A stretch of DNA of 64,000 nucleotides, from assembly GCA_028023455.1 (NCBI GenBank), contig JAQFVV010000008.1, forward strand, positions 15,500,001-15,564,000. Direction: 5' to 3'. Positions 27,215 to 41,374 of the stretch are shown here, piece after piece. How positions within the stretch are numbered: position 1 is the first letter of the stretch; each line of letters begins with the position of its first letter. The notes beneath the pieces are model-generated. The model made no database searches. It had not been told where the DNA came from and was given only the letters and a program-made list of their open reading frames with translations. The stretch comes from Epiperipatus broadwayi. Its lineage: Eukaryota; Animalia; Onychophora. A program made the translations under genes and the position numbers.

Positions 27215-27900
27215 AATTATTATTCATCATCAGCTTCTAAAGGCAGTGACTTGTCATTGCAGCCACATGGTTCTATCTTCAGCAATTTTCATATTTGTGT
27301 ATGAAAAATATTCAATTTCCCTAGTCTGCCTTTCAGCCTTCTTTCTAAAATTTTGCTTTCCAACATATTTTATAAAAACCTGTCATGTCTTAAAAAATGA
27401 TTAAAAATTTAGTTCTCTTTTTATTTCAAGTTCTATTAATATTTGATCATTAATCTTGTTTTCCAACCAACACACTCTGTTAATTTTTTCCAAAGCTACA
27501 TTTCCATTTTTTCCAGTCTTTTTCTTTCATGTTTTCCTAAGGACTATGTCTTACAATTATTATAGGATTAACACTGAACAGTGAAGAAAAAGTGTTTGAC
27601 TTAAGACTAATTCCTGCTTCTTTGTAAGATAAAATGTTAGCTCATTAAAGGCTAAGTATTTTTTCAATGTAAATAATCTTTTCTGTCTTCTTTATCATCA
27701 TGAATCTCTCATGTCATGGATTATCTTCCTATAAGATTGTGAAATCAAATAAACAGGATTCAACCAAAAAACCTCCTGCTACCTTGTAGGATACAATGTA
27801 GGTTCATTGAAATCTAACTACTGTTTCTGTTACAAGCAGACACTTTTTTCTCCTTTGTCATCATATATCTATGGGATTGTATGTATACACGCAGCAACTT
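27215..27900 (-). mobile_element. RTE LINE 3' fragment (C-terminal ORF2 and tail)
   Basis: Minus-strand remnants of the RTE C-terminus (K.RLEK.EM..WKK, ILIELEIK, MKIAEDR) ending in a gctgatgatgaataataa tail. Confidence 0.6.
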
Positions 27901-28949
27901 TTTTTTTAGTTCAAACAATTGAAAATTAAGAAATCAATTATGGTTACAGATTTAATAAACTAGTAGTATTTAATTGTGATCTTTACTCAGGAAATATAAA
28001 CTCTAATGACTTATTTTGTAACTGGATTGAAGACATGATTTTCATTTCTAAACGATTTTGTGTTTAGGTAGCCTTATTTAGGAGTCCTCTACCAACCACA
28101 AAAGTGAGAAGGGCCTGAAAAATGGGCTCCAAAATGGTCTGTTTCTCACAATCAGGTTATGTTATCATAACTGACAGACTACTGATTAATGTGATAGAAA
28201 TAATAATAAGTAGTAGTGGTAATGCAGGACACAATGGTAATACTAAAGATAAGTATTATAAATACCATTTTTCTCTAAATACTTACATAGTTAAGTGCAA
28301 ACTTTATTTGGCACAAATTCTTCAAGATCAAAACAAAGGGCAGCACTGAGCAAAGAAGCTATTAAGATTTAGGATTGATACAGCTGTTATTAACAAAATT
28401 GTTTTTTACAGCAAAGATTAATAGAATAGTAAATGGTTACAAATATTTTTGAAAGGACATATCAATCAGTGAAAGAATCTATGATGTTAGATTTTCTGGA
28501 AAATCTAATTTAGTACTTTATACTATTTGAAATTCTTCAATGTAGTAATAAAAGATAAATAGTGTTACAACTTAACTTACACAAAGGGAATAGTGCCATT
28601 TTTTTATTGCATATACTCCATATGTTATTCAGAAAATTTACACATTTAAAGACAGAAGTTCAGCAACTAATAAGAAAGCTTTAAAATAATTTAAACTGCA
28701 AAAAAAGTTATAGTATTTCACTGTTCATGATTGCTCTAGACCTTTTTTGCTTTCACTGGTATCGCAATCTTATTAATCAAACACTGGCATTCTCTCATAT
28801 GATGACAATAATATTTTTACATGATGATTATTTTAATCAACTTTTAAATAACTATAAAAAAATTAAAATGATGACTTTTAACGATATATTCATTTTATCT
28901 ATTCTTTTAAATTTGAACAAAGATATCCATTTATGTAAAATCAAAACAG

Positions 28950-30050
28950 CTCTTTGAAATCTTAAAATTAAAAAGACTACCTATCCTGATGAAATGCATG
29001 AAGAAGTCTTCAAATATGATGTGATATATTAGCTTCAAACATATTAGAATTTTTTAGGAATATATAAATTTAAGAAATTACTTGATCTTAAAAGATGTTT
29101 CTATTGTTCTAATATTTATAAAGGGAATAAACAAAATTTCAACAGTTATCACGAAAAATCATTATTACTCTCTATAAAAATTACTTTTAAGCATTTTGTT
29201 GAATAAGTTTCTTCCAATCATAAATGAATGGTTATCAGACTCAATGTACTTTTAGAGAATTGAGAAGCACTATGGACATGGTTTTTGTTGGCAGGCAAAT
29301 GCAAGAAAGTATTGGGAACAAAAAGATTGATTGCTATTTTGTTTTATTGATTTGGTCAAGACATATGACTCAATTAATTGAACATGTTCGTTTCTGTCTT
29401 CGAAATGAATTAAATTGTTCACCAAAATTTATTTTTATTTTATTTCTTCTACATGATGGAATAAGAAAACTATAGATCGATAATCTAAAGCATTTGTAAT
29501 GAAAAATAGTGATAAATAAGAATGTGTACTTGCTCAAATATGATTTTTACTTATCATGACAGTAACCTTTGGAACTATTCTTAGGTAGTTTAATAAAACA
29601 TGGATCATTATATGATATAAATTTAATAGTAAAATTTTCAATTTGAATCAATTAAAAGTAAAAATGTACTGATGATTGTGCTATTTTTGTCAGTTCGAAA
29701 ATAATGAAAAAAAAAAAATTCCTCAGGAACTTTTAACTTGAATGGTTATCAACATGAGAATGTTAAAGAAATTTAAATATCTTAGTAAGTATAAATATGA
29801 ACCTAGATGTTGGGGTAAATAACAGACTTCAATGCACTACTGCTTTAACAATTTAAAGATGTAAATTCCTAAACACAATATCATCTGTGAAATTTATTTT
29901 GATATTTAATTCTGAATACTATACATTGAATAACAGAATTGACTTATCCATAATCGAAAATTCCCTTAGTTACATTAGAATATTGGTAATAAATTAAGTG
30001 ATAAATTAAACATAACATAATAATAGTGAAGAAGTAATAGTATGCAAAAA
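28950..30050 (+). mobile_element. RTE (BovB-like) LINE RT fragment
   Basis: QCTFRELRSTMDMVFVGRQMQE, IDL.K.YDS, LHDG, CVLA, ADDCA-like actgatgattgtgct, FKYL; frameshifted. Confidence 0.8.
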
Positions 30051-32618
30051 TAAATGAAGGAAAATTGTACATAATATATTTAATTTGATAGATATTTGCT
30101 AATGTAAAATGATAATAAAATTGTTTTTAGTCTTTAAAAGTGCTTAAGTATTATTCTAGAAACAAATCAAGAATAGTCATATTAATTAAATATTAATTTC
30201 AGTTGCAGAAGAGTTTTGCCTTGAGAGACTGAGGGCATGAAGATTTCTTTTAATATCACACACTACATGTATGAAGTTGAAAGTGGAGTCATAAATTTGA
30301 AGCATGTGGTAACATCTAGTCCTAGTTATCATGTCATTTATTTTTATATAGTGTAGATACATATTATAATAATAACCTCTGAGAAATGCCACATTTGGTT
30401 CATCAAATGTAATGGTCTTTACTAGTTGTAAAGAAAGCCTACAAATGGAAATCAATATTCCTTAAAATTATCCAACACGTTAAACATTAAATGTAATAAT
30501 AACAAATAAATGAAGTATGTAGAATGCTTATCCCATGTTTAGACTATTTAATATAACAATATATGAATATAAAAATAGAGACTCTTAGGATTTAGATTAA
30601 TAAGGAGTAAATATAAGTAAATAAATCCATTAGATTAGTAAAATATAGTTTAAATTACAAGATAGTTTTATTGAACTCAAACTATATTTCTTACACCGAT
30701 AATAAACATTTAAACCTTTCTACATTATTAAAATTATTTACTCCACAAGTATCTAAATAATTTAGAATATTATTAAACTTCTCAGGAATTCACTTACAGA
30801 ATTTATTACCGGTTACAATATATTACGATATGAATGAACGATAAATAAATAAATATAATAATTTAATTACAAATGAGCACAGAAAACCAGTTTAATTAAA
30901 TAAAATGAAAATTTATTAATAAAAACAACAATATTAAATAAATAATAAAATATTCATTGTCAGAACAACTACTTTGAATTGACTTCAATATTTACTATTA
31001 TTATACATTTATTATTTATAATGTCATTTTATGAATTTCACTATTATGTATTGCAGACAATACACCAATGTATCAAAATGGATTATATACTAGCATTGTA
31101 TTATTGAAATAAATATATAGAGGAAAATAATTTTGGAAAACTTTAATTAGTATATTTAATTTATTTCTTATTTTGATCATAAAATAAACATAGATTTATT
31201 AAATTATATTTCACAATTATCCCTTATGTTATCCAGAATACATTAAATATTGATTATTTATTTATTCTATAATATATTTACATTACACATATTAAACTAG
31301 TCATATTTATCAGATATAATTAGTATATTTAAATTTTTAATAACTAAATGCATAAACCTTCGTTGTTATTATCCATCAACTATTTACATACAAAAACAAA
31401 GTCTTGCACCTGTAACATATAATAAAATACAACATAATACTTTCTTTAGATAAAATAATAATAATTTCTAATAAATAACAATTTAATTTAATGTCTTTTG
31501 GTATCAAATGATATTTATACCCTAATCAAACACATGTATATGTAAACATAAAGAATTTAAATATATAAAAAAATAAATTACCTAATAAACTTTCTTTTTA
31601 TTCATGAGGAAGGCCAACTTTAATCATGACTTCCCATCAGAAATATAATATTTAATATTTAGAAAATAAAAAATTATAATCCACACATCTACAAGTATAG
31701 ACAATATACTTGTATTTAAATACTACATATACATTTTATAAAAATAAAAAAAAATTATAAAGTTGAAGATCTTCAAAATATTCCACTGAAAAATTCCCAC
31801 GATGTTTATCTAGAGTGTATTAAAGTTCTACATAAGTTATAATTATTCAATGTCACCACCATTCCAGTAAAATTATCCATTTTCTGATTTGTTTTTAACT
31901 TTAACCAATATTTCCATATTCAGCATTTTATAATGTTTAATCCAGGTTTCATAATGGCAGTTGTTAACTTCTTAAAAAAAAATTTTTTATGAAGTTATAT
32001 CACAATACTTAACTTTAATATAGCATTATTCATCACAATGAGATGATTTATCCCATGATATCATATTTAGATTTCCAAAAAGACAGCAAAGTTTTTAGAG
32101 CAGACATTTTGTGATTTAATTCCATTATATTCATCAAACTTTCAAATAAAATTCTTTTATATGGACACTAACTTTTGCGCTATTTTAGTTATTGAGATAA
32201 AAACAAGAGAGAGCATCTAATTTAAGATTGGGGCTTAAATAATTTTCTCTAATGATGTCACAATTATGACATTTACCAGAGACACTATTTTTATGGTATA
32301 TTATAATCCTGTAATTTTGAATTTCACTCATTTTTGTAATTTTTCCTATTATGAGTCAAATTTTTCCATATATCCACTTGAAAGAACTTTTTCTAATACA
32401 CTACCATTCCATGACATTAAAATGCTTATTTAAAACTTTACAAAACAAATATTACACAATATATTTAAAATAATAAAAAATTTTACAAACTAAATACAAA
32501 ATATATTCAAAATCATATATAAAATTGACATTCCTTTCTATTTACCCATTATGCCAACATATACATATATATACATACATACACATACTTTAACAATAAT
32601 TTAATATCCTATTTGTTT

Positions 32619-32831
32619 AACCACTAAACATCACATGATCACCATCTCATGCTACTAGGTGCAGTGCTCTCAGATCCAAGGCTCCTCACTAATGACGGCC
32701 ACAAGCCAGAAACTAATCTGGGGGTATTGGATGAATAGGCACTAGATAGGAATTTTATGCACAAGCCTTCTGGCATCCATTGATTACTCTGGTTAGCACA
32801 AGGTGCACTACTATATGGAGAGTTTTTGCCT
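32619..32831 (-). repeat. Interspersed repeat (longer copy of 1296-1363)
   Basis: GC-richer island; both ends match 1296-1363. Confidence 0.7.
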
Positions 32832-35782
32832 GTTTACCCTATTTGTTTGTTTAAAATTATTTTTTAAAATGCATGCAGTAAAAAAAAACATCAGCAAGTA
32901 AATTTATCAATACATATTTTGTTTTATTATTGTCATAGACATGAAACTATTTATATATTTTTATTAATATATTCTCAACATAACATCTAAGTCATTAGTT
33001 TTATTATATCATTCCTAGAATAATAGCTAATATTATTCCCAAAATTTTACCTTGATAAATATAAATAAATTTTGATACATTGCCTATTAAAATATTGACG
33101 GTCATTTTTACATTATGATGCATTTTTTTTTAATCTAAAAAATTTTATGTAAATAATATAACCAAGTTTAACTTCAAATCCTAATACTACAATAGCTAGA
33201 TAGATTTACATATATCATGGATAAAAATGGTACAGACAGTAAAATGACTTATCCCAAGTTCATTAAAAATCTAATATGCTCAACTGGATAAACATCCATC
33301 CAACTACCAACTGATCATTTTTATACAATGTGAATCTTCTATTCATGTGAAATGTTTAAAAAAAAAGAGTAAAATATCAAACTACTTTGTAGGTGAAATT
33401 CACTAATGTAAACAACCTCCATTTGCGGTAGTAACTTCAGTATATTTTACAGCTACCCACCCCACTTCAAACATTATGCACCATTTTTGATTGGTCCAAT
33501 ATATATTAATCAAAAAATTATCATCAAGAAAATACTAAAATGAAAATTACTATCACTTTTGTCAAAATATATAAATACACTTTTGAATTCTTAATACAAA
33601 TAAATGTATTAAAAACTTAAGTCTACAACATATTTATAAAAATAAAATAATTTCTGAATTACACAAATTTCTTCCCTGAAACAATGAAAACAAGTAAATG
33701 TTGAAATTTTTTTATATCTAATTAGCCAAAATTATTCTGAAATCATTCAAAATGGAAACAATATATAAAAAACCCACTAATGAAATAATAGTAAGAAATG
33801 TTATTTCTGTAAAAATCAGCATACATAATTTTGTTATATTATAAAGAGACCTCTTTTTTTGTTGACTGGTTGTTGATAGTATAAGATTGTTCAATTTTCA
33901 ACTACATTTTATTATGATAATAATAATTTCTTGCTAATGGACATTGATTAAATTAATATAAAAAGACTAAGACAATTTCAAGTTTCCTACTCTTAAAATA
34001 AAAGCATTCTGAGAGAGCACACTACTGATACTGGCTTCAGTTAGCTCTTCCATTATATATATATTCTTTTTTTTTTTCAATATACTGTTGATATATATAT
34101 TACTATGAGATGCAAAAAGTCAAATATGTATAACTGACATTATTTGAGTTGAATATGGTGTATGACACTGGTTATTTTATGCAACAACTTGGTTTGCCAT
34201 TGTAACAGAATGCACCATCTTGTCTATAAGCATATGTATGTGATATATAGTAATAGCTAATATTACTTGAAAAAAAATATATTTATTTTGGGGAGTCATC
34301 ATTTTTTCATAAAATGACTTACGTATTCAACTAATCAAGAAAGATGCATATATGGAGCAATAAAAAAAGGAATCCTAAAATTAAATTTAATAAAAATAAT
34401 AATAATAATAATAAACATATAAAATTTTGCTATTTAAATGATATTTAAGAAATTACATTAAAAAATTCATTAAGTTTATTCCTTAAACCAAGAATGGGAA
34501 AATCAAAGTGCTACATGTGACCATGACACATTTTTGCGCTTGATGGCCTGTGCACAAATATAAGACTTTTTTTAACTTTACCATAAAAGAGTTAAATTTC
34601 AGTGTCTTAATTTTTTTAATGATGTCAGTGATATCTTTGTTCTTTTAACCATATTGTAATAGTAAATAAATAGGGGTGGCATAGTGTAATGGCAAATATC
34701 ATCCTTCTATGAATACGAGCAGAATGACAGCTTTTAAATTGGAAATTAATAAACAAGCTATAGAGATAACAATATCACCAGCATTAGTCAAATCAAGTAA
34801 TCCTTTGTGACTGGATTTAAAAGACATACATTATAAAATTCAGACTGATTATCTTCTGGTCAAATGCTAAAGTTGCTCTAATATACATTAAAAAATGCTG
34901 AGATCAGGACATCAGGCTGATCATCATCAATACTCGTGGCCATCTGATATTTTGAGTATACTAGTTATCAATAAATAATAATTGTCATGAAATGGACTTT
35001 AAAGATGACCTTTACCTTTGTGCCATCCAGACAATTACCAGGAAGTCCAAACATAAATATATACCAACTACATATACATAAGCTAATCATTATTGCTCTA
35101 GACTAGCTTGCAATGCAAGAATTCCAGGGACTGTGTTTGTGAAAAGAGAAAATACAAATATATAATTTTAAATGATTTCATTGAAATAATTTAAAACAAT
35201 GATAGGATAAATTTATTAATCAGAAATAACAATAAACATGAAATTAAAGATCTGTTAATTACTCAGTAATATATATTAATCATTCTGATTTTGATTTACA
35301 AATAATAGAAAAGGTGTTAAAGATTAAAATAAATAAAAGTATAATTTACAGATATATCAATATAAATTTCGGGACCTATATGTATAAGCATACACATGTG
35401 CCTCTATAGTAATACAAAATTTAGCTAATAAAAATTATCCTTTCATAATAATACTTAAGTGCATGGTTATAGATATGTATGCACATTACAAAAACATTTC
35501 ATTTGTCAATAATATATTTGTCAATAATATATTATAAACCATTAAACAACAAACATATACATAATAAGTGCACACATACTTTATATATTATAATATAAAA
35601 TCAAAATATTTTATTCTACAAATAATATTAACACTCTTAAATTGTAAACAAATATTTTATTTTTTTTTTTTTGTCTTTTTTAAAAATAAAGAAAGCTTAC
35701 TCTGTCTCTTTGAAAGTTCCTAGATAATAATAATCATTTTATACCATTCTTAAATTGTAAATAAAGACTTTTGAGTTAAGAA

Positions 35783-35854
35783 ACGTTGGTGGCCTAGTAG
35801 TTAGCATAGCTGCCTTCCAAGCAGCTGGCCCGGGTTCGCTTCCAGATCAACGCA
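35783..35854 (+). pseudogene. tRNA-Gly(TCC) pseudogene
   Basis: Aligns over 72 nt to eukaryotic tRNA-Gly-TCC (GCGTTGGTGGTATAGTGGTTAGCATAGCTGCCTTCCAAGCAG...CCAACGCA). Anticodon stem GCTGC/GCAGC is intact, but G1>A, T-loop TTCGCTT, T-stem mismatches and only TTT downstream. Confidence 0.8.
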
Positions 35855-38800
35855 TTTGACTTATGAAAAAAAAAAGTTACTTAACTTTTAAAAGTCCAGC
35901 AGTAAAGTTATTTTTAAAAGTCTTTCGTTTTTGTTTTCTGCATGTGAATCTTTTAATTTTTCGTTGATACTTTACTTCTATTCAAAAATTATTTTGTTTT
36001 TAATTTTTAAGTTTTCAGAAATACATTTTTACCATTTAATTGTTTTAAAATTGTTTAAATACAGTTATTATGAGAAATTTTCCTCTTCTTTCAAAAAAAT
36101 CAGCTCAAGTAAACCTTACATGAAATAAATTTTTTCCCTTCATCCTTTAGAATTTTATTTCACAATATATATGTGACTTTCCTCTGTGTTTCTATTCATA
36201 TTGTATAAAACATCATATATATAATGTATACTATTGCATCTTGTAATCATGTCAGGGATAAGCAAGCATCAGGTAAGTTTGGTGATCCTCAACTCTGTTT
36301 AGTTTCTATAACATTCTGGATTGTAGCAGGTAAATGGTCAACTTTTCACATATTGGACTATGAATTCATAGAAAATGCACCCTTGCCCTTGTGGAAGTTC
36401 AAACTCGATCAACATAGAGACTGGAGATGATTATTCGGAGCTAGCTTTCACCAAATACTACTATAACATTTCTCAATTCATCATTTTTATAGGTCAACAA
36501 TCCAAATCTATGATACAATTCTCTTCTATATTTTGTTTGATAGCTTCGATCAAAGTTGCTGCTGTCCTATCATTAATTCTAATGATAATGTAAAGAAAAT
36601 TAAAAGAAAAAAGGAAAACTACATATAATTACTCACTTAAAATCAAATGAATCAAGCAAAAATGCAATTGAAATCTAGAAGTAAACCTATGGAATGTAAA
36701 TGAAATTTGGACAATAACAAATCTTGAATTAAAACTATGATAAAAGCTGTTGTCAGAATGAAATCTGGACAATAACTGAGATTGTCAAAAAATATCACAA
36801 AAAAAAAAAAAACACACATTTTGATATGAGATTGGATTTAAAAAAAAACACATTTTGATACCACATCGGATAACATCGCAAAGTGTATGTGACATGATCT
36901 CAAGGTTAAACATTTATCGTGGATGTCAAAAGACCTATCACTTCCTTTATATTTCAGGTCTAATACGTAAGTACCCAGCATTTTCTGTAGTCTAATACTT
37001 TAATAATAATCTTTAATTTGAGCCAATATTTCTAGTTTGTAGTGGAATTTGAAAACAGAATATCCAATGAAGTTGTTTTGTTTTTTTTATCTTGATTAAA
37101 AAAAAAAAACAGATAATTTAATTACATCATCCTGTTTTCTGATTCACATTGATTTAAACCAATTTTTATCTAAAAAATGTTCTTAACTCTTCAAACAAAA
37201 CAGACCATAAAATTAATAATAATCAAAGTATTTTGTTAAAAAACAATCTGTTTTCCAAAATATTTTACATTTATCAAAATTAATTAGCTTTAATTAAAAA
37301 GTTTCTTTACTTAATACAATAAAAATAGATAATATTTTAGTTGTTGTTTTTTTATATCAAAATCAGAATTAATTAAAACATTTAAATAGACTTTTTTTAT
37401 GTTTGGTTTTAAACAATTTATAATACTTTTAAAAATCAAAATTATTATTTAATCATTAATCTGTTATTCCAATATATATATTTCAAATAATATCTACAAG
37501 AAATTTCGTTTGCATTTATTTCTACTTTTCTTTTCAAACTTTACATATATATATATTGTGCCAGTCAGTCTCAAATGACTGCACAAAGATGACTGCAAGC
37601 AGAGTTGTAATCCAGTCATATATGTATAACTATAAATGGAAGATCTGAGCAAGCTTATTTTCTCACGTGTTTACACACAAAATATATTTTAATGTTATAA
37701 TTTTAAAATGGTGATAATACACGTAGATATATATAATCGCATACACCAGAGGTACATATGCAATTTAAATAATATTCAATAAACTGTATTTTTTTGTTGT
37801 TGTTGTTTAAATATGGTAGACATTTAAGATTTTAATGGGAAACTTAAAACAATATGTATTTTTATTTTTTCAAACTTCATATTTTTTGTTTGTTGTTGTT
37901 TGTTATGTGTTGAATATTTTTTTTTGAAAACTTAAAAATAGTTTATACTGTAACAACACGTACACAGTTTTAGGTTGTATAAATTTTTTTTATCTTTCTC
38001 TTTTAAAATTCAGCTTTCATAACCGCAGGCTAGTCAATGTTTTTTGTGTATTCTATTGTGTATTTAGCTTTAATGGTCATTTGACACCTGCAGAAAAATT
38101 TATCTAAATACAAAATGTACTTTTACTAATTAGAAAATGTTTACAGTATGGAATTCAAAGGTCTGAGTGATTCATAAATCCAAAGATTAATTAAAAGTAT
38201 TGTCAGACAAAATTTGTATTAATTAAACAAAATCTTGTATAAAATTTTAGAATTAGATTAGCTAAAGATAAGTATAGCTACATTGTTCATAATTAAAGTA
38301 TTGTAGACAAGAGAATGTAATTAAAAGTAAAGAGTATGGGCAATAGCTTGTAGAAGGGTCGAATTAATTCACCTTGTAAGAAGGATATATAGTGCTGATC
38401 AGGTGATATGAGGGGATTTTTTGGGTTTGACACATGCAGTTTTAGACAATAAGAAGAGGGAGATTCATTCAGACATTTTAGCACGAGATGTCGGCTTTCA
38501 GTCATTAAGATCATTCCGGCTTCATAGCGATTATCCTGAAAGGGATACTCCAAATTAAATTTTCTTATTCTGATGCATTCAACTATTATTATTCTCACTG
38601 ACATGCTGAGCCATATCTGTACCCATTTTTAAAAAGATTGCGGACATTCGCATGTTATTCAGATTATATTTGGATTTAATATTTTTTTGTGTTGTCCGAG
38701 AAGCAATTATGCAAGTTTAATTATAAATGCGGAAAAGTTTAAGCCAGCAAAGTTTAAGAGCGTTAGTTACCTTTAAAGAGTGACGACCGAAGAAGCTGAT

Positions 38801-39659
38801 ATTAACAATAACACTAAAAGACAAAAAAAAGGACTATGCAGAGAAGGCTGCCAAAGAAGAACTTTTTGTGATTGCAGATGTGTGAACTTATTCATAACCT
38901 AATAAAACATCCAAGATAGAGACAAAGTTAAGGACCCCAGACTTGTTGAGAAAGCTGCATTAATATTTCGTATAATCATATAATGGAATCTAGTCATAAA
39001 TATAGTACATCCAGAACCATGGAGTAGAGGACCGGGGTTGGTATACACGTACAGCTAGAACCCTAGGGAGCCAGTAAAAGATGTGAGCTTGTTCTTCCAA
39101 AATGGAGCTGCTAGAGACAATTTTTGCCATCCTCCATCGAGAGTTTTCACACCGTCACCTGCACAGCATGTATATGTCATTCTTGAAGCCCCCAGTCCAG
39201 CAAAGAATAAAGTGGTATTTGTATTTATCTATTTTAATTTGATGTTATTTTTTTATTTATTGTTATTAATTTCTCTTTTTCCATAAATGATTTTTTTTTC
39301 TTTTGTTGGAATTATTCTCTTTTATAACTTAATATTAAGGTGAATATTCCATTTAATTTTATATGATAAATTATAATATAGTAGACATGCTATTATATAG
39401 CCTAGGGTATATTATATTTTGCTTTCGTATTATTGCAAAAAAAAAAAATTATCAATCCGCCACGTGCAGGATTATAGAACATAAAATAATTTACTTACAT
39501 TATTACATCTTAGTGAGTAGGTCTAATATTAAATTAAATAATATGGTCGCTGGATGCATATGTTTTGCCCTCATATAATGACAATTATTTATTCAATCTA
39601 TTAAAGGCAGGATTAGATTTGGAATAAAAATATAAATAAAAGGCCATTCCCTATTTAAC

Positions 39660-39789
39660 TATTTGCTTTGTCCGCTAAGTGCACGACTTTTATGGGAACT
39701 GGTCACTATTAAAATAAATATATAAATGAAAGTAGTTCCATCTTTACTTATTTGCTTTGTCCGCTAAGTACAGGACTGTTATGGGAACT
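39660..39789. repeat. 41-bp direct repeat, spacing 89
   Basis: tatttgctttgtccgctaagt(g/a)ca(c/g)gact(t/g)ttatgggaact at 39660 and 39749. Confidence 0.85.
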
Positions 39790-40612
39790 TATTAGTGTTA
39801 TAGCATCTTTTTGTTTTTCCTTGCATTTGAATTATTTAATTTAAATAAGATTAAATTTAATCACGCAAGAATTGAGGGTTATTTTTCTCTGAGACATATG
39901 CATACCACGATCAACATACACATAAACGATAAATTATTATCACAATAGGATTTATGTAAAGGTATTTGGAGGAAAGTGCGTAAACGGGAAGAAAGAGCTC
40001 AGATCATTCCATACATTTTTTTATAAAGTCAGATAAATGGAATTTATATTTCTACTAATAATTTTGTTTTTATTTATGTTTATTTACTTTTATGGTTTTA
40101 TAAATAGTTTAACTGCCATAGTGGTTTCAATAAACTTAATATTTAAATTTAAAGTATAATGTAGTGCTGTATGTTATTGTCTCGCTTTCTTTATTAACTA
40201 AGGATAAACCACATTCCCAAGAGAAAGAGTAGGCTGAGCTAGTAAGGGACTATACTTTATTGGGATACAAGATTATATGACGGTGCATTTAATTTTCCAT
40301 GAAATATGATTAATAAAATAATAAAAGGAGAGATCTTAACTCTTTTTTGAATTGCGTGCTCATAATATCCCTCGGAGGAGAGAGCAATCTTTCCACGAGG
40401 TGGCGCGTAAAGTTACTAGGAATGAACCTTTCAAAGGCATTATCATCGCAAATTCTAATATATAATGCCCATCAAGATCTTTAGCGGAGACCCATCATCA
40501 ATAATGCGCATTTCCATGCTCAATGTGCATTTGTGGCTTCCAACCGGTACAATATATATTACAAATCAATGTCTGTATTTCTTCAAAATAATATACGTAA
40601 ACTTATAAATAA

Positions 40613-41355
40613 ATATTAGAAAATACAGTAATTAAAAATTTTAAAAAAAAAACAAAAAAAATATAAGCGTCACTTATGAGCGCTTTCGACTATCCTTGTA
40701 GTCTTGATCAACTAATACTTTGAAAGATAAATTTTCCCATAATTCTGTGACCTTAATGTTTGCTGTCTGTCTATTGATTAAGTCTTGCTTGTATTTATAT
40801 ATCAACATAGCTTCCTTGATTTTTCTTTTATTATTATTTCTTTCAGTTTGCAATATTTTTGCATTATTATAATTGAAATCAAAACCATATATACATGATT
40901 TATTATGATTTTTTATTTACAAATAAAAATTGTAACATTTATAAATGGGTGTGTAGGTGTGGCATATAGGTGAGTTGAAATGCACATGGGAAAAAAAAAA
41001 CAAAAGAGCACTTATATGAAACAATATTCTAAAGATAATAATAATTTATCAACTTTCGTTTTTTATGACCATAATAAATCATGTATATATGGTTTTGATT
41101 TCAATTATAACGTAAAAATATTACAAACTCAAGGAAATAATAATAAAAGAAAAATCAAGGAAGCTATGTTAATATATAAATACAAGCAAGACTTAATCAA
41201 TAGGCAGGCAGAAAACATTAAGATCACAGAATTATGGGAAAATTGACATTTCAAAGTATTAGTTGACAAAGACTGAGGATAATCGAAAGCGCTCCTAAGT
41301 AATGTTTATATTTTTTGTTCTTTTTAAAATTTTTAATTACTATATTTTCTAATAT
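40613..41355. mobile_element. Fold-back Penelope-like 3' end with GIY-YIG C-terminus and degenerate minimal hammerheads in both arms
   Basis: 40613-40905 is the approximate reverse complement of 41068-41355. ORF 40980-41246 has FDFNYNVKILQTQGNNNKRKIKEAMLIYK...INRQ...LWEN. Left arm (minus) reads ttag-TTGATCA-a-gact..agtc-GAAA-gcgc-TC. Confidence 0.85.
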
Positions 41356-41374
41356 ATATGTGTGCACACACGCA

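Noticed and set aside
29665-29702. CTGATGA...GAAA string
   Set aside because: This is the ADD catalytic codon run of the RTE RT; no HHR stems.
31780-32440. Faint LINE RT C-terminal similarity (also 23560-23760, 48500-49200)
   Set aside because: Too degraded to support boundaries or family.
36480-36590. Minus-strand NDRTAATLIEAIKQNIEENCII, similar to Merlin/ISXO2 transposase
   Set aside because: Only about 25 aa; no flanking motifs or TIRs recognised.
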